The position numbers and the translations under genes were made by a program. A stretch of 64,000 nucleotides of DNA from Camelus dromedarius (Eukaryota), in contig NC_087469.1 of the NCBI RefSeq assembly GCF_036321535.1, positions 17,050,001 through 17,114,000 of the forward strand, in the 5' to 3' direction. The notes beneath the pieces were generated by a model, which did not search any database, was not told where the DNA came from, and saw only the letters and a program-made list of their open reading frames with translations. Shown one piece after another: positions 50,391 through 63,600 of the stretch (position 1 is its first letter; each line of letters opens with the position of its first letter).

Positions 50391-51355
50391 TGCAAAAGCC
50401 CAGAAACTTCCAAGGTAATGTTTACCATGTCTTCTCAGACTGTTAAAATTGTGGTGCTTTTAACACTGGGTTGCAGGATAAAAGAGTTAACCACAAAAAA
50501 ACATGGATCACACGAATGAGGAAAAAGAAATATCTGAGGCCAAACAATACTCAGCATTTTGGTGGCTCTTGCCTAGACAGGCACACAGTGACGTGGACGG
50601 AGCATTTGTTCCTGTTCCCCTGGAGATCTGAGCGCTGGTCCTAGTTCAGACGTCGACTTTCTGTGTGACTTTAACACCTGATCCCATCAAAGGCTGGGTT
50701 AGAAAAGAGCAATCTCTGTGTGTTGTTATTCAGTGTGTCACTCGCTATAAATCACATAGCCTCCAAGTCTTAATTGTGCATGGTGAGATTTATGCAAAGG
50801 GAGTCTTTTGCCTTTTATAGTTATGATCTGTGTGACCTATGAGGCTATCGGATGAGTGAAGAGTTTATCACTCCACTCCCTCGTGAACTGACAAGATTTA
50901 GTAGAGCCGAAGAAGTTCCCTGCATGCATTAATATTCTCGCTCTTAGCCCATCATTTAATTCAGCTGGCGTCTGTTTACTGGGTATCCTTTGCAAAGTAT
51001 GGGAAGTACATTGTAGGAAACAGAAGTATAAGACAAAGACTTTATGACTGAGGTGAGAAATGTAGGAGACACTCACTGGCTCTGAGGGTGCTCATAAAGT
51101 CGTTCCATCTTGGTACCAGAAGGGACCTTAAAAACCAGCCAACTCCCCCATTTACAGATGAGAATTCAGAGAAAGAGAGGCCTCAGTGCGGACTGAGGCT
51201 CAGGCAAGCCTAACGGCACTGTTGAGGGTAGAGTTGCATCTTAAAAAGACAGGATGTGGCCCCGTACAGGGAGCAGCTTTGGTCCTGGTTGGCCAGTTGG
51301 GTACTGTGCTCCACGTGATTGTGTTGTAGAACCTTACTGCTGTGGTTCCTACTAT

Positions 51356-51870
51356 TGTTGCAGAAAAGCGTGTTACAGCTCAATGTTATAGCTCAGTTGT
51401 GACAGCAACCTGGATCTGCGTGAGAGACCAAGCAGCACTCGGAGGGTTGGAGAATGGAGAACTCAGGTTTATTACACCAGCAGGCCCAGAGGAGTTAACA
51501 CTCCAAGCTCTGGACCCCTGTCTGTAGGTTTACACAGGCTTTTATAGGCTACCAGTTTAGACCTTGCAACATTTTGTAACATTGTATGCAAATGAGGTAT
51601 AACAAAGGTGACTAATTAGGAACAAGCTTTGTAGTAATGGACCAATCAGGAGTGAGCTCCATGCAAATGAAGCTCCACAAATGGACCAATCAGGAGTTAG
51701 CTCAGGGAACCAATAGAATCTTAGGGATAAGATCCGCTTTCCTAGAAGTAAGCTGTTTCAGAGTTTAAAAAGCAAGATAATGCCACTAGGCCAGGGAACC
51801 AGATGGTGCTGGCAGTAGAGTAGTGACCCTGCCTGGGGGCCCTGCCTTTTTCATGGGGCTTCCCACCTCA
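51356..51870 (-). mobile_element. Intact solo ERV LTR (ERV1/class I-like)
   Basis: TG...CA termini, 4 bp TSD ctat (51352-51355 and 51871-51874); on the - strand TATAAAA (51540-51546) precedes AATAAA (51468-51473); three CCAAT boxes in U3. Confidence 0.9.
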
Positions 51871-52589
51871 CTATTACTCCTTACACTGTTTTCCCTTGTT
51901 ACGTACAAGAGCAAGGCTCAAACACGAGTAAATATGGGTGTCTGTTGTATAATTTTCCCGCTAATTTTGGGGGTACACGGCTGCCATTTGATCTTAACAC
52001 CTTGAATAAAACGGAGGGGAACTTTTTCATTCTCTCCAACAAGAGCCTTCCACCAAATACAGAGCTTTTTTCCTCCTCTCTTCAATGGGTAGACTCCTCC
52101 AAAGCTTGCATCCTTTTTGCAGTGTAGTTCTGTGTCCCTGGGCCACGTTAGCTGCGTAAGTTTTAAGGGGTCCACTTTTATCAGAAAACAATGGGATCCC
52201 AGGAAGAGGAGAGCTTTCCGTAGACGTCACATGACCGTCTGCATGACATCGTGGCATCCTGATGGAAATGCCTGTTTTCTGCCTATCATCACGGCAGAGG
52301 GAAATGTTCTGGTTCCTGACTGGACTGGGGGGGCCTTCGCAGACACTGGGTTATTTGAGAGGTTCCAGTTTAATGTTCTGCCTTTCTGTTCCAGCAAAGA
52401 ACTCTCCCCACTTGCCCACAATCAGCAGAACCAATTTTGATATCAGAAACTCTTTAGGTAATCTTCAGTAAGGTCCAAATGCCTTTTTAGCCTGTGTTTT
52501 TTTTGTTTTGTTTTAAAGAAAAAAATTTTTTACAGTTACTATTTGGCAAATCTGTATACTTTACCTGGTTCTTTTTATCCACTGTTTGT

Positions 52590-52853
52590 CTCTGAATGGA
52601 ATCTCAGCTAATGCCATCCTCATCTTTCAGTTTAAATGACACTGTTACGGGGAGATGCCGACTGCCTCACCCTGGGTTAATCCTCTTGCTGAATGCTCCT
52701 CAGACACCCTGAATTACTTGCTTCTCAACTGTCTGCCATCTTGACCATCAGCTGGTGGGCAGAGACCTGATCTGCCTTGTGTACTGTTTATTCCCAGTTC
52801 TTGGCACGGTATCTCCACTAGGTATTCCAAAACTTGTTAAATTGAATTGAATT
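52590..52853 (+). mobile_element. L2 3' fragment
   Basis: catctttcagtttaaatgacac...gggcagagacctgatctgccttgtgtactg...cttggcacgg...aacttgttaaattgaattgaat. Confidence 0.7.
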
Positions 52854-54179
52854 TCACTCTCTTGTAGCCCACATTGTTTCTAACTCTTTGCAACTAAAGG
52901 CAAACTATAGAGAATATATTTAAGCTGGGATTAGAATGCATAGGGAGAAGAGGGAAATTAAATTGGACTTAGAAATTTACATTTTCACATAAGCTGTTCT
53001 GAGCTTGGCAGACAGTTCTCGTCCTGTGACCCATGGGGCCACTTGCAGAAAGTCACCTCCTGTGGCTTTTCCTTGAAACTGCCTGGTGCCCTGGAAGCAT
53101 CAGAGAAGGGGGGTCATTTTCAAAATCTATGTCAGAAGAGTTTCTAGTGAACAAACATGTTGAAAGCATCTCATTCTTGAAACCCTCTGGCCCTTTTCAC
53201 TGGCCTGGTTCTCTTGCTGCTGCTGCTTGCTTCATAGGTTACAGGGTCTGTCTCGTTTGCTGATTCTGTTTTCTTTTTGGCTCCATTGATGAAAATGTAC
53301 CAAACCCAAGGCCCCATCCTCCATCCTCTGTTGGTCTTAAATCTTCCTTCTTGGGAGAGGAATTCTACTTTCAACCCTTCAACTCTTGTTCTGGGTAAAA
53401 TCCACACACCCATCTCGAGTCCTTCGGGACTCATCTAGGAACCATCACTTCAGCATCTGCTTTTACCTCAAACTAAGCCTCTGCGAGCCTTATCCTTTCT
53501 ACCGAAAGGTTCTCACCTGGCAGAGGCCGAGGTGCCCCGATTCCAGCAGTTACCGCTGGAGTCTGAGTCTTCTGCCACATCTGGATGCCTGCCCTCGTCT
53601 CCCACCCCACCTCGGGGGTCTCCAGGTCCTGTTGGATGTGCCTCGGCAGTGACGGGAGTCTGTTCCTCCCTTTCCCTTCGTAAGCTGGCTCCCCCTCTTC
53701 TCAGCACCAGCACTGTTGGCTCCGTCCCGAAGGCCCGTGGCTCTTGGGCCACTCAGCATTTGCCACGCGGTTCTTTGTTTTCTTATTTGCCTCTTATTTT
53801 AACGTCTCATTTCCCCAGTTAGATAATCAGCTTCTGAGGGCAGAGATGGGGAATTGTCTCTCCTTCTCTAGCAGTTGGCTCAGAGCTGAGCAGCCGTTCG
53901 GTAGAATTCAGCATTGATGGCGACAGCAAATCAGAGGACTCCTCCTGGTCAGCTCTGTGCGGACTCTGTCCCTGTGACAGCAGGACCTCAACCAGAAAAG
54001 ATGACGTACAAGCCACGAGACAAAGGCGGGGAGGGCTCGGTCAGCACAGGAGAGCAGTGTAGACTTCTTAGTGAACCGAGGCATCTCCAACACATGGAAA
54101 ATGCGTGCTTTTTGACCATTGGAAGAAGTGCCTGCCTTCTTTGGTGTGGGTCTTCATTGTTTATGGAAGTTTTTTATAC

Positions 54180-54330
54180 TCATGATCCAGTGTTATCCTT
54201 CAGCAAGCTTGGCAGGAGTACTACTATTGCCATTTGATAGAAGAGAAAGTGGAAGCTTGGGAACTGTGGTCTGACCAAGGCCGCAGAGCCCAGAGGTGTC
54301 AGCACCATGTCTCCAGCCCCAATCTTCCGA
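54180..54330 (-). mobile_element. MIR
   Basis: tatccttcagcaagcttggcaggagtactactattgccatttgatagaagagaaagtggaagcttggg...gaccaaggccgcagagc. Confidence 0.7.
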
Positions 54331-55849
54331 TTGGGTAAAATCAGTTCAGGTAAGGTATGGAACTCTAGGAAGGCACACTTATTAATTCTGTCCTAAGGAA
54401 GTCTGCAGTCTAGCTGAGAAATAATAAGATGGGGAAACAAATGAACTAAGTAAGGCTGAATAAGGACACACAAAAAGCTGTGGGTGCGTGGAGGCGGGAG
54501 TGATTAACTCGGTCTTTGTCAAACAGCAGCTGCTCAGGGAGGCCTTCCCTCCACGAGAGACTGGGAGGCAGGGCCAAAAGCAGGTAGGTGAAGGTAACGG
54601 CGGAATGACCAGGAGCGCAAAGACAGCGCCCTTCCCGGTGTGTTCTTCGGCTGACGGAGATGCGGGGCAGTGCTGGCTAGAGGGTGGACAGTGACCACAC
54701 TGGGTGGACGATGACCATCTTAGGCAGGGCGGGCAGGTCTGTAAACCTCCAGCTTCATTGATTTCACGCAGCTCCCGGTGCAGCCCAGCGCTCTGTGGGC
54801 ATCTGTAGTTGTGATGACATTACAGGTTGAATGTAATGAGACTGGGCCTGTCTCTCTGCAGAATCAGGGATCTGAAAAGATGGCGTGATGCAGTCCAGCC
54901 AACCAGGGCTGCGCTGTGTCCTTTATTTCCCCAATCTTCATTTTCCCAAGTCTCTAAAATGTTTTCTCCCCACTCCATCCCTTTGTGTTTCAACCTTTGT
55001 GAACTTGCTTAAGGTTTCGATTTAATGAGATGCTTCTTCCAGAGTCTACATTCTGGCAGGTGCATGAGGATTTTGGAATAAATGTATTCCACATGTTTCT
55101 AATTCATTTACACTTAACTCATCAAAATGCCCACCAGCTTTTTTTTTTTTAATGAGGTCGTTAATGGCCAAGATGTTTTTTCAGCCTTTGAGTTGGCCTC
55201 TTAAAACATTTTCTTTTTCCTTTAGTCATACAAAGCCACAACTTGTAAAGGGAGCATCTGTTCCATGAATTCTCGCTGGGCTAGAAACTCAGTGTGTCGC
55301 AAATTAAAAGGCAAAGCAGAGCCTCTTTATATTTCCTTTCCTCCCCTCCTTGCTCACAGGTTATCCATACAGACAAGTACTGAACTTCCACGTCTGGTTG
55401 CCACTTACCCTCAGCTCAGCCTTTCCTTAGTCCCATTCAGTGTAAGACGAGGCACGTTAATTTTGACCACCCCACCTCTGTCACCCCATCTCCGTTATCC
55501 CTGCAGTTCTTAGAAACTGACTTTGGTGCCATCTTGTGTCCCACCAACTTCATCCTTCTTTGCCTAAGACTAACCTTGGGGAGGGCTGGGACTGTTCTGC
55601 ACAGCTCTGCAAAACCACCATAGTTATTTCTGGAGCCTCGATGATTTGAGGTGGGTGGCTGGCCAGGTTAGCCTTGTCACTCATTTCCTTCAGCTCCCTG
55701 GTTGCTGTCAGCCTCAGGAGGCCGGGGTAAAGACCGCCACTTGGCAAAGGGAAGCAGGCAGATTCCAGCGTGGCTGAATCTTGCTTTGCCTACAAATGCA
55801 CAGAGGCTATGAAGATACACCCGAGTAGTTCACCAGCGGCTGCTTTCTT

Positions 55850-55998
55850 TTTTTTTTTTTTTTTTTTTTTTTGAGAGGGGGTTGGGGAGAGGTAATTAGT
55901 TTGTTTAGTTATTTCTTAGTGGAGGCACTGGGGATTGAACCCAGGACCTTGTGCACGCTAAGGATACACTACCACTGAGCTCTACCCTCCCACCCCCC
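55850..55998 (-). mobile_element. Vic-1-type SINE
   Basis: Poly-T, gagaggtaattag...ggaggcactggggattgaacccaggaccttgtgcacgctaag...ccactgagctctaccctccc; TSD ctgctttctt at 55840-55849 and 56006-56015. Confidence 0.9.
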
Positions 55999-58064
55999 AC
56001 TGGGTCTGCTTTCTTGGTAAGAAAAAAACCCGTCTACTTTAATTTGGCTCGTTCATAGAGCATCCAGCCACCAACGTGGAAAGAGAGAAAAGGGGACCAA
56101 CAGCAAGGAGGTGCCCTCCGGGTGAGTCGCATCGCAGACGCAGGTGCATTTAGTCTTCACGGCAATCTACCAGGGCGACCGTGAGTAGCCCTACTTACGG
56201 AAGAGGAACTGGAAACTAGGGAGGTTTTGATAACCGGCTCAGTGAGGTCCTGCTCTTCCCGCTGCCCCAAATTGCCAGCCGATTGGTCTGGCTGTGGCTT
56301 CTGGGGACAATTTCCGTGTGGGTGGTTGTATGATTTTTTTCCCCAGGAAGCTCAGCCCGAGCTACCTAGTTGTTCCACCGAGTCTCCCTTTCAGATTAAC
56401 TGGATACGTCCCTCCCGGGCCTGTGTGCGCTGCCTGTGCGCCTCTGAAGCCTTCTGCGGCTACAGGTCACACATTCCCAGGACATAAATCAGTCAAGCAG
56501 GCAGCTTAGAGATTCTTACCCACTCAGACCTTCGGCCCTCGCTTGTGTCAACCGGAAGTGTGGGAGTGGAGAGCCAGTCTGGGGACTGGTATGCTGGAGG
56601 AATGGAAGGGGAGCCACAGGAGATGTGTAGGAGCAGACACTGTTCCTTGGGGATTCTGCTCTGGGGTTCAAGTCCAGCTGTAGCCGGAGGGGACTGGCTT
56701 CCACTGGGAGGGAGGACTTCGCCGGGCGAAATGTGCCTAGAATCAGCCGCCCTGCCTCGAGCCTGTGCTTGGCCCACACGTGTTCATGTGCACGGACTGC
56801 ACTGAGTCTGCAGAATCAACGCAACAGACCATCCCCTGTTAGCCTCCCAAATGTCCTCATCTCCCCAGGCTCCCTGGAGCGTCCCCTGGCATCAGCCTAC
56901 CACGAATACACTCAGGTTTTCTAGTCCCAGAACAGATTCTCAAACATTTGTCCAGGTGTACGGCACACAGTTATGTGATACCCACCCTGCAGCAAAGCCT
57001 TGGTTGGGGGAGGGGTTGAAGGAAAACACCTATTTGAAGATGCATTCATTGCGGTCATGTTTACACTCCTTTGTCAGCTAGAAATGTGTTTGTTTAAACA
57101 GTGTCTTTGGTTTATTAGAGGCATTCCTCCCTCTCAGTAGCAGATAATGTGCTTGAATTTCACAAGTGGATGTAAATGAGCCAGGGTAGCAGGGCAGCTG
57201 TCTTCAGTCAACAGCTTCACATAGTGATAATTCTCAGGAAAAGAGAAAGGCCTACTTCATACGTAGAGTTACACATCATCTGCCTTCTCAGTAACCAGAG
57301 TGCCCCCCACAACGTATTTTCCCTCTGTTTTTAAAACCCAAAATTGATGTTTAGCCAAAATATAAATACATGGCTGGACTATCTCACAGTACTTTCATGA
57401 GGATATGAAATGGGGGTGTGCGAGTCCTTTGTGAAATTAAAGCTCTGGGCCAATGCAATTTTGTTGGAAATCGGGTCATATATTAAAACAAGGAAAGACA
57501 GCAAGCAGCTGGCCAATGTGTATCTGGTCTCACTTTTCTGCTCCCGTGGGTTTGCCTCTCAGGGGACTTTGCTGCACACACAGTACTCACCCTGCGTCCC
57601 ATTCCAGCCATGCTCATTCCTCCCTAACCTTGTTCCTAGCAAACTCAGGGCCTCACTGAAGGTGTATTTATTTACAGTGAGGGTCCTCCTGAACCCCCAG
57701 ACATTTCAGCATCACCGTGGCCTCGTGTGCGCGTCTCTGACATCAGTGCTCTCAACCACTGGGGCACCGTGCAGTTTTGTCACTGAATTTGCACCGGAAC
57801 ACTGCGTCAGGATTCCTGAAACTGTGGATTTTGGTGATTAAGATGTTGCCTTCAGTCACTACCATTCTTCAGAGGTTTTTTTGTGTTTGTTTTTCCAAGG
57901 AAGGTTTTCATTAGGTCTTAAACTTTATGGAACCAAATTGCATAAAAGCCATTTAGCAGTAACAGCAATTGCTTTCAAACCATCAGAGAATAGGATCACC
58001 AAAAGAATTACCTTCCCCTGTATGAATCTGTGAGGTCAGTGTATGTCTAATAAATTTTTAGTGG

Positions 58065-58840
58065 GATTTGCTTTTTTAGAAACTAACACAAGTTGTTTCT
58101 AAAATTCAGCTGGAAAAATCAATGATAATAGCCAAGAGAATTTTGTAGAAAGAATCAAAAGGGGAAATTTGTTCTACCAGATACTAAAACTCCCTAAAAA
58201 CCCACTGTAGTAAGAGTGGGAAGGTCCTAAAATAGGATCATATATTAGTTCAGAGTCCAAAAACAGACATGCAAATACATAATATACCCCAGCTATTCCT
58301 AGAGCCCCATGTGGCCCAGTGTAACTGTAGAATTAGACTCAAAGACAACAGAAATCTGATTACAGAAGCCTTGAACAGGAAGATCTTTACTTCTTAAAGG
58401 AATGTATTCTGGATTTTACCCAGTACACCCCCAAAATGTGTTTCAGAAGTCCTCTCAAAGCAGCTTTCCCTCTCCCCAAAGTTGCAAACTCATGGCAGCT
58501 TCAAACAACTCTGCCCCTCTCTCTGATCCACCTGGTTTCCGAGCTCTCACCTCCCCGCCCCCGCTCCTTCCGCGCACCCCCCACCCTCACGTACCTGCAC
58601 CACAACTGTGTTCCCTATTTGTAACCAACCCCACAGAGGACAGCCTTCAGGAAGGGTGGCTCTGGTCCCAGTTTGACAGATTTCCTAGAAAGCAGGAAAT
58701 TCTCAGAATTCTGATAAACAAAAATTACCAATGTCATCTCTTTGGGAACTTAATGTATCTTAAAGCTGGCATTTTAAGTCATAGATTAGTCAATGTCGGG
58801 TTTTGGGATTGTTGGCTATACATTTAGAAAAAATAAAATG
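58065..58840 (+). mobile_element. Decayed old L1 ORF2 fragments with an intervening ~450 bp of other sequence
   Basis: tttagaaactaacacaagttgtttctaaaattcagctggaaaa...aatagccaagagaattttg...ttctaccagatactaaaac; resumes as aaagctggcatttt...ttggctatacatttagaaaaaataaaa. Confidence 0.55.
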
Positions 58841-59094
58841 ACATATTTGTATTTTACAAAACACTTTGTAACTATGTGTTTCAGTAGATTAGAGTGCATA
58901 TTGCTAGATCTGGAACATGGGCATGTTTGTAGATACATAGCAACAATTACTGAAGTTTATTTCTAAGATTTGGGGTTGAAAACTGAGGGGAGACCTCTAT
59001 TTTATATATTTCTAAATTGTTTTAAATTTTTTTTTTTAACAAATTGGGTTTTTTTAACAAAAAAACAAAAGAGCAGTTAAAATATTCACTGTTA

Positions 59095-60392
59095 CTTGTT
59101 TTTAATTTGTTTTTGATTTGTATTCAGTAAGAATTCACTATTTTAGTGTACGGTTATGAGTTTAGACAAATGCATTAAGTTGTATAACCACTACCACAAT
59201 CAAGATACAGAACAGTCTCATCATGTTACCCGTCGCCCCGCCAATTCCCTCACGTTACTCCTCTGTAGCCACATTCTTCCCCTACCCTTGACCTCTGGCA
59301 GTCACTCGTCTGCTCTCCATCTCTAGCTCTGCCTTTCCCAGAATGTCATGCAGGTGGAATCATACAACCCTTTGAGTCCAGCTTCTTTCCCTTAGGAAAA
59401 TTCATCTGCGGTTCACCCGCGTTGCTGCGTGTTTCAAGCTTGTTCCCCTCTTACTCCTGAGTAGTATTGCCTTGTATGTACGTGCCACAGTGTATTTCCC
59501 CATCCTCGGCTGAGGGGTATTTGGATTGATTCCAGCTTTTGATCATTACAGTCGGCTCTCCATAATCCCAGGTTCTGCATCCGTGGATGCAACCAACACA
59601 ACCATAGATGGAAAATTTGAGGGGAAAAATTCCAGGAAGTTCCAAAAAAGGAAAACTTGAATTTGCCGTGTACTGGAGACTGTTTATGGAGTGTTTACAT
59701 TGTATCCAGTATTAGAAGTATTAGAGATGATTTAAAGTGTACAGGAGGATGTGTAGGTTATATGCAAATACTACACCATTTTATCTCAGGGACCTGGGCA
59801 TCCCCAGATTTTGGTGGGGTGGGGGCGGGGCGTTCCTGGAACCAGTGGCCTTCGGACACCGAGGGAGGACTGCACTAACACTGCTCCTGTAAACATGTGC
59901 ATGGAAGTTTTTGTGTCCTTTTCACCTGGATTAACACCTAGGAAGCGGATTGTTGGATTATATGAAAGCTGTATGTTTAACTTCGGAAAGCAGCCGGGCA
60001 GTTTGTTACAAAGAGGCTGCACCCTTCTGCATTCCCACCAGGATGCTGTGAGTTCCAGCTGGTCTACAACCTCATCAGCACATGATGCTATCAGCTTATA
60101 AAATGTTTCAGACCATCCTGACACACGTGGAGGAGTATTACAGCCCTAAGTTGCATTTTCCTAATGACTAATCATAAAAGCATCTTTGCATGTGAAATGT
60201 CTGTTCAGAACTTCTGCTCCTTTACGTATGGGGTTATTTTTAAATTGTTGAATGTTGAGAGTCCTTTCGTTCTTCCTTTCATCATGTATTCTGGATACGG
60301 ATCATTTGTCAGGTGTGAGGTCTGTGCTGTCTTTCAGTCTGTAGCTTATCTTTTTGTTTTAACGGTATCCTTTGCAGAACAAAACCTAATTC
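59095..60392 (-). mobile_element. Old L1 (L1MC/MD-like) 3' region
   Basis: tttagacaaatgcattaagttgtataaccactaccacaatcaagatacagaacagt...ttctgcattcccaccagg...gcattttcctaatgactaat. Confidence 0.85.
59549..59872 (-). mobile_element. MER2/Tigger-family non-autonomous DNA transposon inserted in the L1
   Basis: Termini CAGTCGG...GGACTG, TA on the left and CA on the right; internal ggttatatgcaaatactacaccattttat and gatgatttaaagtgtacaggaggatgtg. Confidence 0.9.
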
Positions 60393-60399
60393 TCCGCTC

Positions 60400-60965
60400 C
60401 TGCGCTCACCCGTGCATGCAGTCGGTACCCCCCTACAGCAGCGAGGGGAATCCTAAATCAGAGCAGGTCCTTCCCCAGCTCACCTCTCGTCAATGGTTTT
60501 ATCACATTCTGAATAAAATCCAAATTATTTGGTCTGGCTGACGAGCGCCTACGTGATCTGGCTGCAGCAGATTTTCCAAGGTTTTATTTCCTGTGGCCTC
60601 CCTCCTTGTTTGCTCTACCTTTTCTCTCTTTGTACACAGCTCCTTCCCTCTTCTGGGCTTTGCAGGAGCTGGTTCCCTGCGGGCACACGCCTCTCCCTTG
60701 AGTCACTAACCTGCTGAAATGTCACCTCTGGCACAGAGGCCTTTCCTTGACTCCCCCGCGTAAAATTCCTGCCCTCCTCACGGCCCCGCCTTCACAATCT
60801 GCCGTTTTCTTCAGAGACTTTATCACTACCTGGCATTATTTGTTTATTTATTTGTTCACCGTCTATCTCCCCGAGAGGAACGCAAGCTCTGACCTCAGCT
60901 TCAAGACCAGAGTGCAGCCCACAGTAGGTGCTCCGTACACACGGATGGCAGGATGGAACGCAGGG
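60400..60965 (+). mobile_element. L2a-like 3' region
   Basis: gaataaaatccaaa...gcctacgtgatctggctgc...aaatgtcacctctggcacagaggcctttccttgac...cacagtaggtgctcc. Confidence 0.8.
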
Positions 60966-61159
60966 CTGGACTAACACGGGGGCCTTCCATCTCACCCTCT
61001 CCCCCGCCCACGCCTTCTCCACACGTCATCAGTGTTAATAGTTTGGTGACTAACTACCCGGACTTCTTTTAAAAATGCAGTTGTAAATGCAGACACACGC
61101 ACAGATTTTTTCAATGATAATGCAAATGTGTCTATACCTTAATTTCCTCTCGACGTGTT

Positions 61160-61645
61160 TTCTTTTTTCTTTTTAATTGAAATACAGTCAATTACAGTGT
61201 GTCCATTTCTGGTGCACAGCAGTGTCCCAGTCATGCATATACATACATATATTCATTTTCATATTTTTTTCATTAAAATTTATTACAAGATACTGAACAT
61301 AGTTCCCTGTGCTATACAGAAGAAACTTTTTTTTTTGCATTTATTTTATTTTAAACATTTTATTGAGTTATAGTCATTTTACAATGTTGTGTCAAATTCC
61401 AGTGTAGAGCACAATTTTCAGTTATACAGGAACATACATACATTCATTGTCACATTCTCTTTCGCTGTGAGCCACCACAATAGCCTGTATGTATTTCCCT
61501 GTGCTACACAGTACAATCTTGTTTATCTACAGAAGAAACTTTTTCAAAAAATCCATTTTTATATATATAGTGGCTAACATTTGTAAATTTCAAACTCCCA
61601 AAATTATCCCTTCCCACCCCCCTTCCCTGGTAACCATAAAATTAT
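61160..61645 (-). mobile_element. L1 3' end with a second L1 3' end nested inside (61332-61527)
   Basis: 17 bp TSD tacagaagaaacttttt at 61315-61331 and 61528-61544. Confidence 0.9.
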
Positions 61646-61739
61646 TCACTATCGACATATATTTTCGATAGGGTCCCATGTTAGTTTATATGTAGTTCAC
61701 CTGTCAGTTTATATACTTTTAGGTATTTTTAAAATAGAC

Positions 61740-62085
61740 ACTTTTTTAACAGTCACAGTGTAGTCCCTACTATGGATCGGAGGTACCACAATTTCTTTAG
61801 CCATTTTCTTGTTCATAGATACTTGGGGTGTTTCCCCTGCGTCACCATCATCCACACTGCTGCCCTGAACACGTCCGTACGCAGACCTCGGTGCGGCAGG
61901 CAGACAGGACTCAAATAATGGAAGGGCCTGGTCAGTAATTTGATTGATGCTGCTTGGTTTGTGCTTCTAAAAGATCATACTGTTTTATGCTCTCAGCAAC
62001 AACACATGAGCACCCCTCCTCTGCATCCTGGCCCACACCAGGTGTTACCACCCTTCTGAGGTGTTTTTTAATGTCAGGCACAAAA
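61740..62085 (-). mobile_element. Old L1 (L1ME-like) fragment
   Basis: gaggtaccacaatttctttagccattttcttgttcatagatacttggggtgtttccc...tgttttatgctctcagcaacaac. Confidence 0.65.
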
Positions 62086-62949
62086 ACAGTTAACTCTCTT
62101 ACAAAAGAGAGAAAGCTGCAACTTTGGTGATTCAAAGCCTTACTGAGGGGGAGGCGACCGGCCACTTCCTATACTGACGAGCTCCGAGGTGTCTAGATCG
62201 TAAGCCTGTTTAATAAAGAACGAAGGGAGTACAGTGATCTGAGATGAGCAGCATCTTATGCCCGTAAGAGTAGCTTTTAGAGACGCCTTTGAAGCAGCAG
62301 CATTTCATCACGTGCGCAGATCCAAGACCCTTGTCCCAGGCGTCCTGACGTTCTTCCTTTAAAATACCCCTCCCAGATTCGTTTTTTCTTTCTTGAAAGA
62401 ATCCACAGCACAAAGCCTCAAGTGTTAGCCGTTGGCTGGAGAGTTAATGGAAGTCGAAGCCCTTGGTGATTTATTGTTTAACAAATCTGTGGTTTCTGCT
62501 GGGCCTCACTGGATGTGTGGTCAAAGAACAAGAGACGTTTTCTGCTTTAATAACTGTGACTGGGGTCCACGGCAGAAGCATGGAAATGAGTAAGAAGAGA
62601 AATGCCAGCGCAGAGGAGAGAGAGAACACACGTCACCTGGGCGCTTCTGTGATGGCGGCGGGTTTAGCCCAGGACGAGGCTAGTGCTGTTTGGCTCAGAC
62701 ACTCGCCTTGCCCTGCAGTGAGCTGTCAGGGCTGGGCCGAGTCCCGGAGGGCAGGACTCGGTATCTTCTCTGTGCTCATTAGGCTTCAAGGTGGGCTTGG
62801 GGTGAAAGGTGCTTTTATGACATCAGCATATTGGGGTTTGAAACTTTCTTCAGAATTACCTACTCTTACTCACTGTACTGAAGGACAAAACTGAGGCCCA
62901 GAGGGATACAATGATTTATAAAGGTAACAGTCATGGCATTTTAAGCCCC

Positions 62950-63128
62950 CTACTGTACTACTGTAGAGCACAGGGAACTGTATTCACTATCTTGTAATGG
63001 CCTGTAATTAAAAAGAATATGAAAAGGAGTATGTTTATGCTTAACCGAAGCACTGTGCTGTACACCAGAAATTATTGACACAGCACTGTAAACCAACTCT
63101 ACTGCAATACAAACAAAAAAATAAACCT
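62950..63128 (+). mobile_element. L1 3' end
   Basis: tgtagagcacagggaactgtattcactatcttgtaatggcctgtaat...ctgtgctgtacaccagaaatt. Confidence 0.85.
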
Positions 63129-63429
63129 GATACTGTGGAACAGTGAAGGGGAAGAGCTTTTTCACTTGAACTTTAGAAATATAACAGATTCTTGCCTTGA
63201 AATTCCTAAAGCAGAAGAGGAAAAGACCTAGTGTGGACCCCACCACCCCTGCCTGCCCCTGGCATACATTGCTAATCAATCGCAGCTCACTCTGCAGTGG
63301 GGCTCGGAATCCTCCTGATCTTAGTGCTGGGGGCAGCGGGGTGTACTGGATCTGGGTCTTCATGTGAATTAAAATCTTCTGGGCCCCCTCTTCTAAATGA
63401 TGCATCCATGGGATTCATGATGGGGTGAC

Positions 63430-63600
63430 AGCCGTGGACTTCAAGCCAGAAGAACTTGGTTTGACTCCAGAACCTGCTGTTGGGTCTGTGACATGATCGA
63501 GTCCCTGAACCCTTCTGGGACTGTTTACTTGTCTCTGAAGTGAGGGAGTTGAATTAAGTGATTTTTGCGCATCCTTCCAGCTATGAAAAATGCGATGATT
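63430..63600 (+). mobile_element. MIR3-like fragment
   Basis: gtggacttcaagccagaagaacttggtttgactcc...gagttgaattaagtgatttttgcgcatccttccagctatgaaaa. Confidence 0.65.
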
